A stretch of DNA of 64,000 nt from Candidatus Sulfopaludibacter sp. SbA3 (GTDB lineage Bacteria; Acidobacteriota; Terriglobia; 20CM-2-55-15), in contig CAMBFR010000009.1 in the NCBI GenBank assembly GCA_945865815.1, forward strand, positions 689 to 64,688, read 5' to 3'. Below are positions 1 through 9,827 of this stretch, piece by piece. Position 1 is the first letter of the stretch. Each line of letters opens with the position of its first letter. The notes beneath the pieces were generated by a model. That model was not told where the DNA came from, made no database searches, and saw nothing but the letters and a program-made list of their open reading frames with translations. The position numbers and the translations under genes were made by a program.

Positions 1-1293
1 TCAACATTCGCGACCGAGGATGTACGCCGCACCGTCCTCGATAATGGTCTGGTCGTTCTTACCAGGGAACTTCATACCTGCCCTATCGTTACCAGCATGA
101 TCTGGTACCGGGTAGGCTCTCGAAACGAGCAAATCGGCCAGACCGGGAAATCGCACTTTCTCGAGCACATGCTCTTTAAGGGCACGGACCGTTTCAAGAA
201 AGGCGAGATTGATCTAATCACGCATAAGAATGGAGGCGGAAACAACGCGTTCACCTCGCACGACTTTACCGCCTACTACTTCAATTTTGCGTCAGATCGA
301 TGGGATATCGCGCTGGAGATTGAAGCGGATCGCATGGCCAACTGTTCTTTTGAGCCGGATGAGTTTGAAGCGGAAAAGAAGGTCGTCATCGAGGAACTGA
401 AGTCGAGTCTCGACTCACCCTGGGGGCTTCTGTTGCAGGACGTCGATGCGGCCGCCTACAAGATTCATCCTTACCGGAATCCCATCGTCGGATGGTTGCA
501 GGACGTTGAGCGGGCCTCGGCCAGCGAGCAGCAAGCCTACTATCGCAAGTACTACCACCCCAATAACGCCATCATGGTCCTGGCGGGGGACTTTGAGACG
601 GAGGACGTCCTGAAAAAGGTCTCGCGGGCGTTTGGCCGGATTCCCGCCGGACCCGAACCAAACCCCATGACTCTCGAAGAGACTCTGCAGCGGGGCGAAC
701 GCCGGCTGGTCGTGCGATGGCGATCGAAGGTGCCCCGAATCGCGATTGCTTATCATGCGCCGCAGGTGGCTCACGAGGACAGCTATCCGCTCCAGATGCT
801 TGGCGTTCTTCTGGGCGAGGGAAAGTCTTCAAGGCTGTATCAACGAATGGTCGAGCGCGATCGCTCCGTTACGTTCGTGTCGGCGGAGTATGGCGAGTCA
901 CAGGATCCCACTCTATTTCACATTCGCGCGGAAGCGCGTGGAATGCATTCGACCGATGAAATCGAGGCCAGTGTCTACGACGAGCTCGAGCGCATCGCGG
1001 AGGAAGGCGTAACCGCGCATGAACTCGATCGCGCAAAGCACCAGGTGGAAGCTCACTTCATTCTCTCGCGTGAGCGGACCCAGGATCAGGCCATGCTTCT
1101 CGGGCAGATCGAAACGATCGCGAACCTCGATTACATCCAGACTTATCTGCAGAAAATCTCCGCGGTGACTTCCGAGGACGTTGCGGATGTCTGCCAACGC
1201 TATATGAATGAGGACAACCGCACGGTGGGCCGCCTCGTCAGCGATGGAAGCGATGGATCGGAATCCGACACGGAGGACGATGAAGCCGACTGA
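1..1293 (+). CDS. M16 family zinc metallopeptidase, catalytically competent subunit (5' end cut by the window edge)
   Basis: ORF 97..1293 carries the inverted zinc motif HFLEH (HxxEH) about 20 aa after its first Met. The same frame is open from nt 1 and encodes an M16-like N-terminus (TVLDNGLVVLTRE), so the gene starts upstream of the window. Acidic C-terminal tail. Confidence 0.85.
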   Translation, partial: STFATEDVRRTVLDNGLVVLTRELHTCPIVTSMIWYRVGSRNEQIGQTGKSHFLEHMLFKGTDRFKKGEIDLITHKNGGGNNAFTSHDFTAYYFNFASDRWDIALEIEADRMANCSFEPDEFEAEKKVVIEELKSSLDSPWGLLLQDVDAAAYKIHPYRNPIVGWLQDVERASASEQQAYYRKYYHPNNAIMVLAGDFETEDVLKKVSRAFGRIPAGPEPNPMTLEETLQRGERRLVVRWRSKVPRIAIAYHAPQVAHEDSYPLQMLGVLLGEGKSSRLYQRMVERDRSVTFVSAEYGESQDPTLFHIRAEARGMHSTDEIEASVYDELERIAEEGVTAHELDRAKHQVEAHFILSRERTQDQAMLLGQIETIANLDYIQTYLQKISAVTSEDVADVCQRYMNEDNRTVGRLVSDGSDGSESDTEDDEAD

Positions 1294-2587
1294 ACTTGGT
1301 CTGCGCCGCCTTTTTGAAGTCCGGCGTGAAGTCCTCGGCAATGGCCTGAAGGTGCTGATGGTCGAGAACCCGACGCAGCCCACCGTCTCCATGACTTCCA
1401 GCATTCTCGCCGGAGCGCGGTTCGAGCCGGAGGACAAGGCCGGACAGGCGCTCATGGTAAGCCGCCTCCTGGACGAAGGCACGGCCAGCAGAACCTCACT
1501 TGAAATTGCAGATGCAATCGAATCGGTTGGCGGCGCGATCGACACGGACGGGTCGTTCGAACGCATCGTGGCGTCCGCGGGGGTATTGAACAAAGACGTC
1601 GACCTGGCCCTCGAACTGCTTTCGGATTTGCTGATTCGGCCGGTATTTCCCGAAGAGTTCGTTGTCAAAGAAAAGGAACGGACGCTGGCTGAAATCACAA
1701 GCGCCAAGGATCGCCCGCAGATTGTCGCAAGCTGGGCGTTCAACGAGCTGGTCTACCAGGACCACCCGCTGCATCGCCCCACCCACGGCTATCCCGAAAC
1801 CGTGGCGAAGCTCACCCGCGAAGATCTACTCGCTTTCCACGAGGCCTACTTCGCCCCGACCGACGCGATTCTTTCGATCGTCGGCGACTTTCGCGCGTCC
1901 GAGTTGATGCCGAAGATTGAAAAATATTTCGGCGGCTGGCCTGGAAAGTCGGTTACGCCTCCTGTTTATGCGAAGCCGGTGCGGCAGACTGAAAAACGGG
2001 TGAAGTACATCAACATGCCGGCCCAGCAATTGAACATCTATCTCGGACACCTGGGCGTAGAGCGGACGAATCCCGACTATTACATCCTGCAGGTTCTCGA
2101 CACCATCCTCGGTGGCGGCGCGGGTTTCACGGCCCGAATACCGATGAAGCTGCGCGATGAGCTGGGCCTGGCCTACACCACGTTCGCAAGCATCACGATG
2201 ACGGCCGGCCTCGATCCCGGAAAGTTCGTTTCTTTCATCAGCACATCGCCGGAGAACATGAACCTGGCGGTCGAAGGCCTGCTGAGGGAAATCCGGAGGA
2301 TCATCGAGGAGCCTGTCACCAGGTCGGAGTTGCAGGATGCGATGGACTATTTGACGGGAAGTTTCGTTTTTGCCTTCGAGTCCAATTCTCAGATCGCGCG
2401 CTTCCTGCTGCATGCCGAGGTATATGGTCTCGGCTTCGATTACGCCGAGAAGTATCCGCGGCACATTCGGAGCGTTACCATTGAAGATGTGGCCAGGGTT
2501 GCAAGAAAGTACCTGGACAACAACAACTACACGCTGGTCGTCGTCGGCCCGGTCGATGAAAATGGAAACACGCTGAATGGAAAGTAG
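1280..2587 (+). CDS. M16 family peptidase, non-catalytic partner subunit
   Basis: M16-like sequence, but the HxxEH position reads ALMVS (zinc ligands absent). ATG at 1280 (MKPTELG) overlaps the upstream stop by 14 nt, which suggests translational coupling. The longer track ORF from 1208 is treated as a spurious N-terminal extension. Confidence 0.8.
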   Translation: MKPTELGLRRLFEVRREVLGNGLKVLMVENPTQPTVSMTSSILAGARFEPEDKAGQALMVSRLLDEGTASRTSLEIADAIESVGGAIDTDGSFERIVASAGVLNKDVDLALELLSDLLIRPVFPEEFVVKEKERTLAEITSAKDRPQIVASWAFNELVYQDHPLHRPTHGYPETVAKLTREDLLAFHEAYFAPTDAILSIVGDFRASELMPKIEKYFGGWPGKSVTPPVYAKPVRQTEKRVKYINMPAQQLNIYLGHLGVERTNPDYYILQVLDTILGGGAGFTARIPMKLRDELGLAYTTFASITMTAGLDPGKFVSFISTSPENMNLAVEGLLREIRRIIEEPVTRSELQDAMDYLTGSFVFAFESNSQIARFLLHAEVYGLGFDYAEKYPRHIRSVTIEDVARVARKYLDNNNYTLVVVGPVDENGNTLNGK

Positions 2588-4010
2588 ATCGATTTTCTTT
2601 GAGAAGTACAACATCACGAACCGCGACCTCGAAGCCTGTCTTTCAGAGGCGCTCTCGCGGGGGGGAGACTACGCGGATCTGTTTTTCGAATACCGCGTCA
2701 ATTACATGATCGCGCTCGAGGAGCAGATCATTAAGACGGCGACCAAGGGCGTCAACATGGGTGTCGGCATCCGGGTGATCTCGGGTGAGAAGACCGGATA
2801 CGCGTATTCGGACGACCTGAACCGGGAAAGCATTCTTAAGGCGGCGCGCACGGCGGCATTCATCGCGAACTCGAGCGCGCAGGGCGGCAAAGCCGGGCTG
2901 GGCTCGTCTGTGAATCGGGAGCAAAACTTCTATTCCGTTCGCAACCTCGCGACGGACCTGGAAATCGCCCAGAAAATCAGCCTGTTGTTCGAAGCCGACC
3001 GCGCGGCCCGCGCCCACGATTCGCGGATAAAGCAAGTCCAGGCCAGCTACGCCGATGAAACAAAACACGTATTGCTTGCTGCATCTGACGGGCGATGCGT
3101 ATGGGACGTTCAGCCGCTTGTGCGTTTAAACGTCTCCTGCATTGCCGAAGAAAACGGGCAGCGGCAGCCGGGCTATGCCGGGGGCGGCGGAAGACGTTCA
3201 CTGGATATCTTCCAGGGGGATCTGGATCCCAGGACAATCGCCACCAGCAGCGCCGCCCAGGCGATTCTTCAGTTGGGCGCCGTCGATGCTCCGGCAGGGC
3301 CGATGGAAGTGGTGCTGGGCCCCGGATGGCCGGGAATTCTGCTGCACGAAGCCATTGGCCACGGCCTCGAGGCGGACTTCAATCGAAAGAAGACTTCTGC
3401 TTTTGCGGGATTGGTCGGACAGAAGGTCGCGTCGGAGTTATGCACGGTGGTCGATGACGGAACGATTCCCTTCCGCCGCGGCTCCCTGAATATGGACGAC
3501 GAAGGCAACCCCACACACAACACCGTCCTCATCGAAAAAGGCGTCTTGCAGGGGTACCTGCAGGACAAGTTGAGCTCCGGCCTGATGAAAGCGCCGCTCA
3601 CCGGCAACGGACGCCGCCAAAGCTATTCCCACATTCCGATTCCGCGCATGACGAATACGTTCATGATGTCGGGCGAGTCCGTTCCCGAAGACATCATCAA
3701 GACAGTGAAGAAGGGACTTTATGCCGTGAATTTCGGAGGCGGCCAGGTGGATATTACCAGCGGCAAGTTTGTTTTCAGCACCAGCGAAGCCTACCTCATC
3801 GAAGATGGGCGGATCACCTCACCCGTAAAAGGCGCAACCCTGATCGGCGACGGTCCCACGGTGCTCCGCCGGGTAACCATGGTTGGCAACGACCTGCAGC
3901 TCGACCAGGGCGTCGGTATCTGCGGTAAGGAAGGACAGATGATTCCGGTCGGCGTCGGCATGCCCACAATCAAAATCCAGGAAATCACGGTCGGCGGAAC
4001 CGAAAAATAG
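2577..4010 (+). CDS. tldD: metalloprotease TldD
   Basis: 477 aa. TldD/PmbA family with the HEAIGHGLE motif. Start overlaps the upstream gene by 11 nt. Confidence 0.9.
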   Translation: MESRSIFFEKYNITNRDLEACLSEALSRGGDYADLFFEYRVNYMIALEEQIIKTATKGVNMGVGIRVISGEKTGYAYSDDLNRESILKAARTAAFIANSSAQGGKAGLGSSVNREQNFYSVRNLATDLEIAQKISLLFEADRAARAHDSRIKQVQASYADETKHVLLAASDGRCVWDVQPLVRLNVSCIAEENGQRQPGYAGGGGRRSLDIFQGDLDPRTIATSSAAQAILQLGAVDAPAGPMEVVLGPGWPGILLHEAIGHGLEADFNRKKTSAFAGLVGQKVASELCTVVDDGTIPFRRGSLNMDDEGNPTHNTVLIEKGVLQGYLQDKLSSGLMKAPLTGNGRRQSYSHIPIPRMTNTFMMSGESVPEDIIKTVKKGLYAVNFGGGQVDITSGKFVFSTSEAYLIEDGRITSPVKGATLIGDGPTVLRRVTMVGNDLQLDQGVGICGKEGQMIPVGVGMPTIKIQEITVGGTEK

Positions 4011-4012
4011 AA

Positions 4013-5362
4013 GTGATGAACGATTTGAAGCAGCGAGCGGAAGAAGTGGTTCGCCTGGCGAAAAGCGATGGCGCCAGCGCCGCCGACGTAATGATTCGCG
4101 AAGAGGATACGTTTTCGGTCACCGTTCGAATGGGCGAGGTCGAGACGCTCAAAGAGGCGATTTCGCGAGGCCTGCTGCTTCGCGTCTTCGTTGGAAAACG
4201 CACGGCAACCTCGAATACGTCCGACCTCTCGGAATCCACAATCACAAGCCTCGTCCGGGAAACCGTTGAGATGGCGAAGCTCACTTCGGAAGACCAGAGT
4301 GGCGGGCTTCCGGATCCGTCGCTGTTTGAGGCCAATTTTCCCGATCTGGATCTCGTCGACGAGGGATGGGAAACCATCACGCCTGAACAGCGAATCGACC
4401 TCGCAAAGCGCGCGGAGTCCGCGGCATTGTCGGCGAACAAAGCCATCGTCAACTCCGAAGGCGGAAATTTCGACTACGCGCGCTCAAAGACGGTTCTCGC
4501 CAACACCCTGGGTTTCACGGGCGCATATGAAGGCACAGTTTCGTCGTTATCCGTTTCGCCGATTGCGCAGGACGCCGCTGGCATGCAGCGGGATTTCTGG
4601 TTTGGCGTGGCCCGTCACCGATCCCAGTTGCCGCCGCCCGAGGAGATCGGCAGGAAAGCGGCCGAACGCACGCTGCGCCGGCTTGGGGCGCGCAGGGTTG
4701 CGACCTGCGAAGTGCCGATCATCTTCGATCCGGTAACCGCCCGCTCGTTTGTGGGCGACGTATTCAGCGCGGTTGCAGGCGATGCGATCTACCGTCGAAG
4801 CTCGTACCTCGTGGATCAACTCGGCAAGACCGTCGCGTCGCCCGAAGTAACGATCGTGGACGATGCGCGGCTTTCGCGCGGGCTCGGCTCCGCCCCGTTC
4901 GACGATGAAGGGGTTTCCACGCGCGCCAATTCGATCATCGAAAATGGTGTGCTGCAGAACTATCTCCACAGTACCTACAGCGCGCGAAAGCTCAACGCCC
5001 GGCCCACGGGCAACGGACAGAGAGTTGCTTCGGGATCGGTTGTCATTGGCCCGACAAATTTCTGCCTCAAGCCAGGCCAGGCCAGTCCGGAAGACATCAT
5101 TGCGTCCACCAGGACCGGGCTCTATGTGATCGAGTTGATCGGCTCGGGCGTGAATCACGTTTCAGGCGATTACTCGCGGGGCGCGGTTGGAATCTGGATT
5201 GAGAACGGCAAGTTGGTTTACCCTGTGCACGAGATCACGATTGCCGGAAACCTGCGCGAGATGCTCAAGGATGTGGAAGCGGTCGGCAATGACCTGACAT
5301 TCTTTGGGTCCATTGCAGCCCCGACCGTGAAGATTCGTAAAATGGTGGTCAGCGGAGAGTAG
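4013..5362 (+). CDS. pmbA: metalloprotease PmbA/TldE
   Basis: 449 aa. TldD/PmbA family without HExxxH, as expected for the TldE partner. Lies 2 nt after the tldD stop. Start is GTG 4013 or ATG 4016. Confidence 0.85.
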   Translation: MMNDLKQRAEEVVRLAKSDGASAADVMIREEDTFSVTVRMGEVETLKEAISRGLLLRVFVGKRTATSNTSDLSESTITSLVRETVEMAKLTSEDQSGGLPDPSLFEANFPDLDLVDEGWETITPEQRIDLAKRAESAALSANKAIVNSEGGNFDYARSKTVLANTLGFTGAYEGTVSSLSVSPIAQDAAGMQRDFWFGVARHRSQLPPPEEIGRKAAERTLRRLGARRVATCEVPIIFDPVTARSFVGDVFSAVAGDAIYRRSSYLVDQLGKTVASPEVTIVDDARLSRGLGSAPFDDEGVSTRANSIIENGVLQNYLHSTYSARKLNARPTGNGQRVASGSVVIGPTNFCLKPGQASPEDIIASTRTGLYVIELIGSGVNHVSGDYSRGAVGIWIENGKLVYPVHEITIAGNLREMLKDVEAVGNDLTFFGSIAAPTVKIRKMVVSGE

Positions 5363-5371
5363 AGGGTTCAT

Positions 5372-5824
5372 ATGGGCGAACGGCGTTCGGCCATTATCAT
5401 CGGTATCAGCGTTGTACTGGCCGTGGGAATGGTCCTGGCCTGGACACTCTCGCCACCGGCCAATGATCGGGACTCGCAGCCGCTGACGGAGGTGACCGAC
5501 ACATCGGCCATCCAAAGTCTCGTCCGGCTTTCGCGCGTTTCCATCGCAACAAGCGAAAACTACGTGGGCCACCGCCTCCGGCTCGTCACAGCCCAGTTGA
5601 TGAACATCTCCACCGACAAGCCCATCCGCATGATCGAAGTGAAGATGACCTTCACCGACTTCGAGGGTAAGTCCATCCACGAGTACACCGGCACGGCCTT
5701 TGAACCCCGGCGCCGCCCGCTGGATCCCGGCACCGAATTTCGATTCAACTTCAGTTTTGAAAACCTGCCCCGAGAGTGGAACTACCGGATACCGATTGCA
5801 GAAGTGACGAAGGTCGGGTACTGA
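5372..5824 (+). CDS. hypothetical single-pass membrane protein
   Basis: GAGGG SD 5 nt before the ATG. N-terminal TM helix (IIIGISVVLAVGMVLAWTL) followed by a soluble domain of about 120 aa. Starts 9 nt after the pmbA stop, so probably the last gene of the protease operon. Confidence 0.55.
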   Translation: MGERRSAIIIGISVVLAVGMVLAWTLSPPANDRDSQPLTEVTDTSAIQSLVRLSRVSIATSENYVGHRLRLVTAQLMNISTDKPIRMIEVKMTFTDFEGKSIHEYTGTAFEPRRRPLDPGTEFRFNFSFENLPREWNYRIPIAEVTKVGY

Positions 5825-5838
5825 AACGCGTTTGTTTC

Positions 5839-6279
5839 TTATTCTCCGTCCACTGCGGACTCGCTGCGGCGTTTCAGACCCGCCGCTTCGATCTTCAGAT
5901 AGCGGTTATTCAGTTCAGCGGTCAGTCTTGCAACCAGCGGACCGAGAAACCCTCCGAACTGCAACGACAGCGTAACGCGCGTACCACCTTCGATCGGTTC
6001 GACGAAGTGATTGCCGGCAACGCGAACTCCCGGTCCTGTGTTGATCCAGGTAAAACCGCGGCCTGGCTCAATAGCGGTCACTTTCCAGATCGCCGGCAGC
6101 AGCTTGGGCTGGCGGATTTTCGCCCGGGTTCCCACTTTCAGTGGCCCGGGCTCCAGTTGCTCGATGCCGGTCACCGAGGACGTCCACTCCGGCCACCTCT
6201 CGATATCGGTCATGATGGCGAATACCCGTTCTGGGGGCGCGGCAACGTCCACGGTGACTCTGAAGTCTCTTAGTGCCAT
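5839..6279 (-). CDS. SRPBCC family protein (polyketide cyclase/dehydrase-like)
   Basis: 146 aa. Bet v1-like START/SRPBCC sequence pattern (DIERWPEW). Confidence 0.7.
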   Translation of the reverse strand: MALRDFRVTVDVAAPPERVFAIMTDIERWPEWTSSVTGIEQLEPGPLKVGTRAKIRQPKLLPAIWKVTAIEPGRGFTWINTGPGVRVAGNHFVEPIEGGTRVTLSLQFGGFLGPLVARLTAELNNRYLKIEAAGLKRRSESAVDGE

Positions 6280-6381
6280 GGCGATCTATTCTATCTGAAG
6301 GATTGCGGGTCTTACCGGCCTCATATGCAAGGGGCGGACGTGCGCCCCAACTTCATGTACAGTTCTTGAGAGAGGTGCGGA

Positions 6382-6768
6382 ATGCGAAAGGTAATTTTCG
6401 GTGTTGCCCTTGGAATCGCGTCGACGTTGATGGCTCAACGCGGAGCAGTGACCTTTCCAGATGCCGTTACTGCGGATCCCAACCACTACTCGGTATCGTT
6501 TGAAAATGAACTGGTGCGCCTCGTCCGAGTCCGGTACGGTCCCGGCGAGAGATCGGTCATGCACCGGCATCCGGCCAGTTGCGCCATTTTTCTTACCGAC
6601 CAGACCTTTGACTTCACCCTGCCTGATGGGACGACCGAACCCGCTGCGGTCCCGGCCGGCGCACTCGGTTGCAGCGATGCTAACGTTCATCTTCCTCAGA
6701 ACATCGAACGCGAGGCGGCGGAAATGGTCATGGTCGAGTTCAAGAATCGCGAGAGATTCAGCGAGTAG
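6382..6768 (+). CDS. secreted cupin-like protein of unknown function
   Basis: GAGGTG SD. Signal peptide MRKVIFGVALGIASTLMAQ. Cupin-like core (RYGPGERSVMHRHP). Confidence 0.55.
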   Translation: MRKVIFGVALGIASTLMAQRGAVTFPDAVTADPNHYSVSFENELVRLVRVRYGPGERSVMHRHPASCAIFLTDQTFDFTLPDGTTEPAAVPAGALGCSDANVHLPQNIEREAAEMVMVEFKNRERFSE

Positions 6769-6879
6769 GCAAGCCGGATTTCTCACGGGACTTGAGGCGA
6801 CCTGGAGGCAAGTGCCTCTCCCGGAGGGAGAGGGACCACCACCGCTGAGTGTTACCCAATGAGTCCTTGAGAAATGCGG

Positions 6880-7626
6880 CTATCGGCCCAAGGACAGGCG
6901 TTCAATAAGGTAGGGCGGCAGGTCCGCGTCGCGCATCTTGGCCTGCGTCACTTCGACTGGATACTCCACGCGATAAAACTCCGCGCGGCCGTGTTCCTCG
7001 TCCCAGATGACGAAGCTGGCGCGCGGGTCGCCGTCTCGGGGCTGGCCGACGGAGCCGGGGTTTACGAAGAACTTGCTCTTTCCATCGCATCGCACGGCGG
7101 TGTATTCATCGAACTCATAGGCGGGGGCGTTCACCGAACGGCGGGCGCTATCCAGGGTAAAAACAACGGGGAAGTGGCTATGGCCGAAGAACGTGATTCG
7201 CTTTCCGGCAAGCGGAAAATTTTCGTCGGCGTCGGCCTGCGTGAAGATGTAGTGGTCTTCGTGGGTGACGGCGCCATGCACGAGCTGCGCTTCCGTGCCG
7301 ATATCCATTGGACCGAGCGGCAGGCTCGTCAAGTACTCGCGATACTCGTCTGAAAGCACCGAACGGGTCCAGTACACGGCTTTCCTGGCGTGAGCGTTGA
7401 ACTGGTCCGGTTCGTCGATTCCCGCGGCAACCCGATCGTGATTTCCCCGAATCGTCCGGGCATTCAGGCTTCGAAGAAGGTCGATGGCTTCCTTCGGATT
7501 CGGCCCATAACCCACGATGTCGCCGCAGCACAAAACAGCATCGTAACCCGCTTGTTTTGCCCGCTCTATGCAGGATTGGAAGGCTTCAATGTTGGAATGG
7601 ATGTCACTCAGGACGAAGTAGCGCAT
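6880..7626 (-). CDS. metallophosphoesterase (calcineurin-like phosphoesterase family)
   Basis: Motifs DIHSN, GDIVGYGP and GNHD. Confidence 0.85.
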   Translation of the reverse strand: MRYFVLSDIHSNIEAFQSCIERAKQAGYDAVLCCGDIVGYGPNPKEAIDLLRSLNARTIRGNHDRVAAGIDEPDQFNAHARKAVYWTRSVLSDEYREYLTSLPLGPMDIGTEAQLVHGAVTHEDHYIFTQADADENFPLAGKRITFFGHSHFPVVFTLDSARRSVNAPAYEFDEYTAVRCDGKSKFFVNPGSVGQPRDGDPRASFVIWDEEHGRAEFYRVEYPVEVTQAKMRDADLPPYLIERLSLGR

Positions 7627-7631
7627 GGTGT

Positions 7632-8333
7632 ATGATGTTTTTCATGCGACTCCGTCAGATTGCGACTTTTTCCGTCGTGCTCGCCCTTCTGACCGCTGTC
7701 GCCGCTGGCCTTTCCGTGATTGATGATGGTCAGCCCTCGAGAACATCCGCGATTTCCGCCATGATATCACGCTTCTTCGCTGTGCTTCTCTTTGGAGGGT
7801 TCGGACTCGCAGTCGCGCGGCAGAGCCAGATGAAAGGATCGTTATTCCTGACCTCGGAAGAGTGGAGACTCACGCTGCGCGATCTACTCAACTTTGGCGT
7901 GCTTCCCGGCCTGGTTCTGGGGCTCATCAACTATCTGTTTTTTTTTGCATACCGCTATAGTCCCTTTGTAGAGCCTCGAATCCGGGACATGAACAGCATT
8001 TACGACTCTTTCATCATCTCGCTCGACAGCGGTTTGTTCGAGGAAGTCATTTTCCGGCTCTTCATCATGTCGTGCTTCCTGTTTTCATTTCGCCACCTGT
8101 ACGCGAAGCTTCCGTTCGTGTGGCCGGCCCTGGTTGCCGTGATCCCGGTTGCGCTTTCCCTGGTTCTGTCTTCCCTGCTCTTCGCCATGGTCCACAACGT
8201 GTATGGCTTCACAGCAGCCTTTTTCGGAGGCGTGCTGCTCGGCCTGATCTACCTGCGAAGCGGGATCGAAAGCGCCATCGCGGCGCATTTTTTCGCGAAC
8301 TTTTTCTTTTTCAGCGCTTCGTATCTATCCTGA
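7632..8333 (+). CDS. CPBP family intramembrane metalloprotease (CAAX protease / Abi-like)
   Basis: Multi-TM protein with EEVIFR, FAMVHN and HFFANF motifs. ATG 7632 preferred over the track start at 7557, which would overlap the divergent upstream gene. Confidence 0.75.
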   Translation: MMFFMRLRQIATFSVVLALLTAVAAGLSVIDDGQPSRTSAISAMISRFFAVLLFGGFGLAVARQSQMKGSLFLTSEEWRLTLRDLLNFGVLPGLVLGLINYLFFFAYRYSPFVEPRIRDMNSIYDSFIISLDSGLFEEVIFRLFIMSCFLFSFRHLYAKLPFVWPALVAVIPVALSLVLSSLLFAMVHNVYGFTAAFFGGVLLGLIYLRSGIESAIAAHFFANFFFFSASYLS

Positions 8334-8344
8334 GACATCTACAA

Positions 8345-9823
8345 ATGAATTCAAATCATCCGGAAAATACTCACACGTTAGGATCTATTCAATGTCGGTC
8401 CCGCAGTGTGAAGGACGAGATGCGTGAGAACCTGATCCGCAAGCTGCAGGCAAAGGAGCCGATCTTTCCGGGGATCATCGGCTACGAAGAGAGTGTCGTT
8501 CCCCAGATCGTGAACGCGATCTTGTCGCGTCACAACATGATCCTTCTCGGGTTGCGTGGTCAGGCCAAGAGCCGGATCCTGCGCGGCCTGATCGATTTCC
8601 TGGACGAAACGATCCCCGTCGTCGCCGGATGCGAGATCAACGACAACCCTTTCGCTCCGATCTGCCGTCCCTGCCGCGATCTCATCGCCGAAATGGGGCC
8701 CGGGACGCCCGTCGAGTTCCGGCCGCGAGACGCCCGCTATGTCGAGAAGCTTGCGACGCCCGACGTGACGATCGCGGACATCATTGGAGACATCGATCCC
8801 ATCAAGGCCGCCAGGGGCGGACACGCGATCGGCAGCGAGATGAGCGTTCACTATGGTTTGCTTCCGAGAGCAAATCGCGGAATCTTCGCCATCAACGAAC
8901 TGCCGGACCTTGCCGGAAAGATCCAGGTGGGGCTTTTCAACATCATGCAGGAAGGCGACGTGCAAATTAAGGGCTACCCGGTGCGGCTGCCTTTGGATGT
9001 CGTTCTGGTGTTTTCCGCAAATCCGGAGGATTACACGGCGCGCGGAAAGATCGTGACGCCGCTGAAAGACCGGATCGGTTCGGAGATCAAGACGCACTAT
9101 CCCGTCAGCATCGAACACGGCGTCGCAATTACCGATCAGGAGGCCTGGCTCGAAAGAGATTCGGGAGTGAACATCCAGGTGCCGCAGTTCATAAAGGAAG
9201 TGGTCGAGGCAATCGCGTTCCGGGCGCGCGCCGACCAGCGCGTGGACAAGAGATCGGGCGTCAGCCAGCGCCTGCCGATTTCCTGCCTCGAGAACGCGGT
9301 GAGCAATGCGGAGCGGCGCTCGATCACGACCGGCGACACGGAGACCGTCGTGCGCATCACGGACGTCTACGCCGCTCTTACGGCGATTACGGGCAAGATC
9401 GAATTGGAATATGAGGGGGAACTGAAGGGCGCCGAAACCGTTGCGCGCGACCTGATCCGGCAGGCGGTGCAGACCGTGTTCCGCCAGTATTTCTCCGGCG
9501 CGGACTTCAAGCCCGTGGTGGACTGGTTCGAGATGGGCGGCAACGTGAAGTTCTCGGATGACGAGACCGCTTCAAGCATCCTGCATCACATGGAGCAGGT
9601 GCCCGGATTGCTCGACAGCGCCGGTACGCTCGCCGCATCGCGCGAAAGCTCGCGAGGACTGAGGGCTTCCGCGGCCGAGTTCATTCTCGAAGGCCTGCAC
9701 TCCATGGATAAGATCAGCCGATCTGAAGAACGCGGGTTCGCCGCGCATGAGCGCAAACCGGCACAGGATCTCTATCGCGATTACACGACGGACAGAAGTC
9801 GACATAAGAAGCCGCTGAACTAG
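8345..9823 (+). CDS. BchI/ChlI-like AAA+ ATPase with atypical Walker motifs
   Basis: Alignable by eye to the Mg-chelatase I subunit: IIGYEE..., a Cys-rich insert [15 protein letters not shown], and a sensor region ANPEDY...LKDRIG. The P-loop reads GLRGQAKS and Walker B reads FAINE. Start is ATG 8345, or ATG 8420 which has an AGGA SD. Confidence 0.7.
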   Translation: MNSNHPENTHTLGSIQCRSRSVKDEMRENLIRKLQAKEPIFPGIIGYEESVVPQIVNAILSRHNMILLGLRGQAKSRILRGLIDFLDETIPVVAGCEINDNPFAPICRPCRDLIAEMGPGTPVEFRPRDARYVEKLATPDVTIADIIGDIDPIKAARGGHAIGSEMSVHYGLLPRANRGIFAINELPDLAGKIQVGLFNIMQEGDVQIKGYPVRLPLDVVLVFSANPEDYTARGKIVTPLKDRIGSEIKTHYPVSIEHGVAITDQEAWLERDSGVNIQVPQFIKEVVEAIAFRARADQRVDKRSGVSQRLPISCLENAVSNAERRSITTGDTETVVRITDVYAALTAITGKIELEYEGELKGAETVARDLIRQAVQTVFRQYFSGADFKPVVDWFEMGGNVKFSDDETASSILHHMEQVPGLLDSAGTLAASRESSRGLRASAAEFILEGLHSMDKISRSEERGFAAHERKPAQDLYRDYTTDRSRHKKPLN

Positions 9824-9827
9824 ATTC

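Noticed and set aside
913-1743. 276-aa minus-strand ORF antisense to the two M16 genes
   Set aside because: Arg/Ser-rich, low-complexity translation typical of GC-rich antisense frames. The sense strand has clear family motifs.
1826-2617. 263-aa minus-strand ORF antisense to the second M16 gene
   Set aside because: Antisense artefact with no motifs. The sense gene is well supported.
6805-6818. GAGGCA-AG-TGCCTC hairpin between the convergent cupin and phosphoesterase genes as a terminator
   Set aside because: Only 5 to 6 bp of stem, a very short loop, and no T-tract. Insufficient by itself.
6874-7353. 159-aa plus-strand ORF inside the metallophosphoesterase gene
   Set aside because: Antisense. 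The phosphoesterase motifs are on the minus strand.
8072-8344. Upstream extension of the AAA+ ORF (track start 8072)
   Set aside because: It overlaps the last 260 nt of the CPBP gene and is Arg/Pro-rich. ATG 8345/8420 are plausible starts after the CPBP stop.
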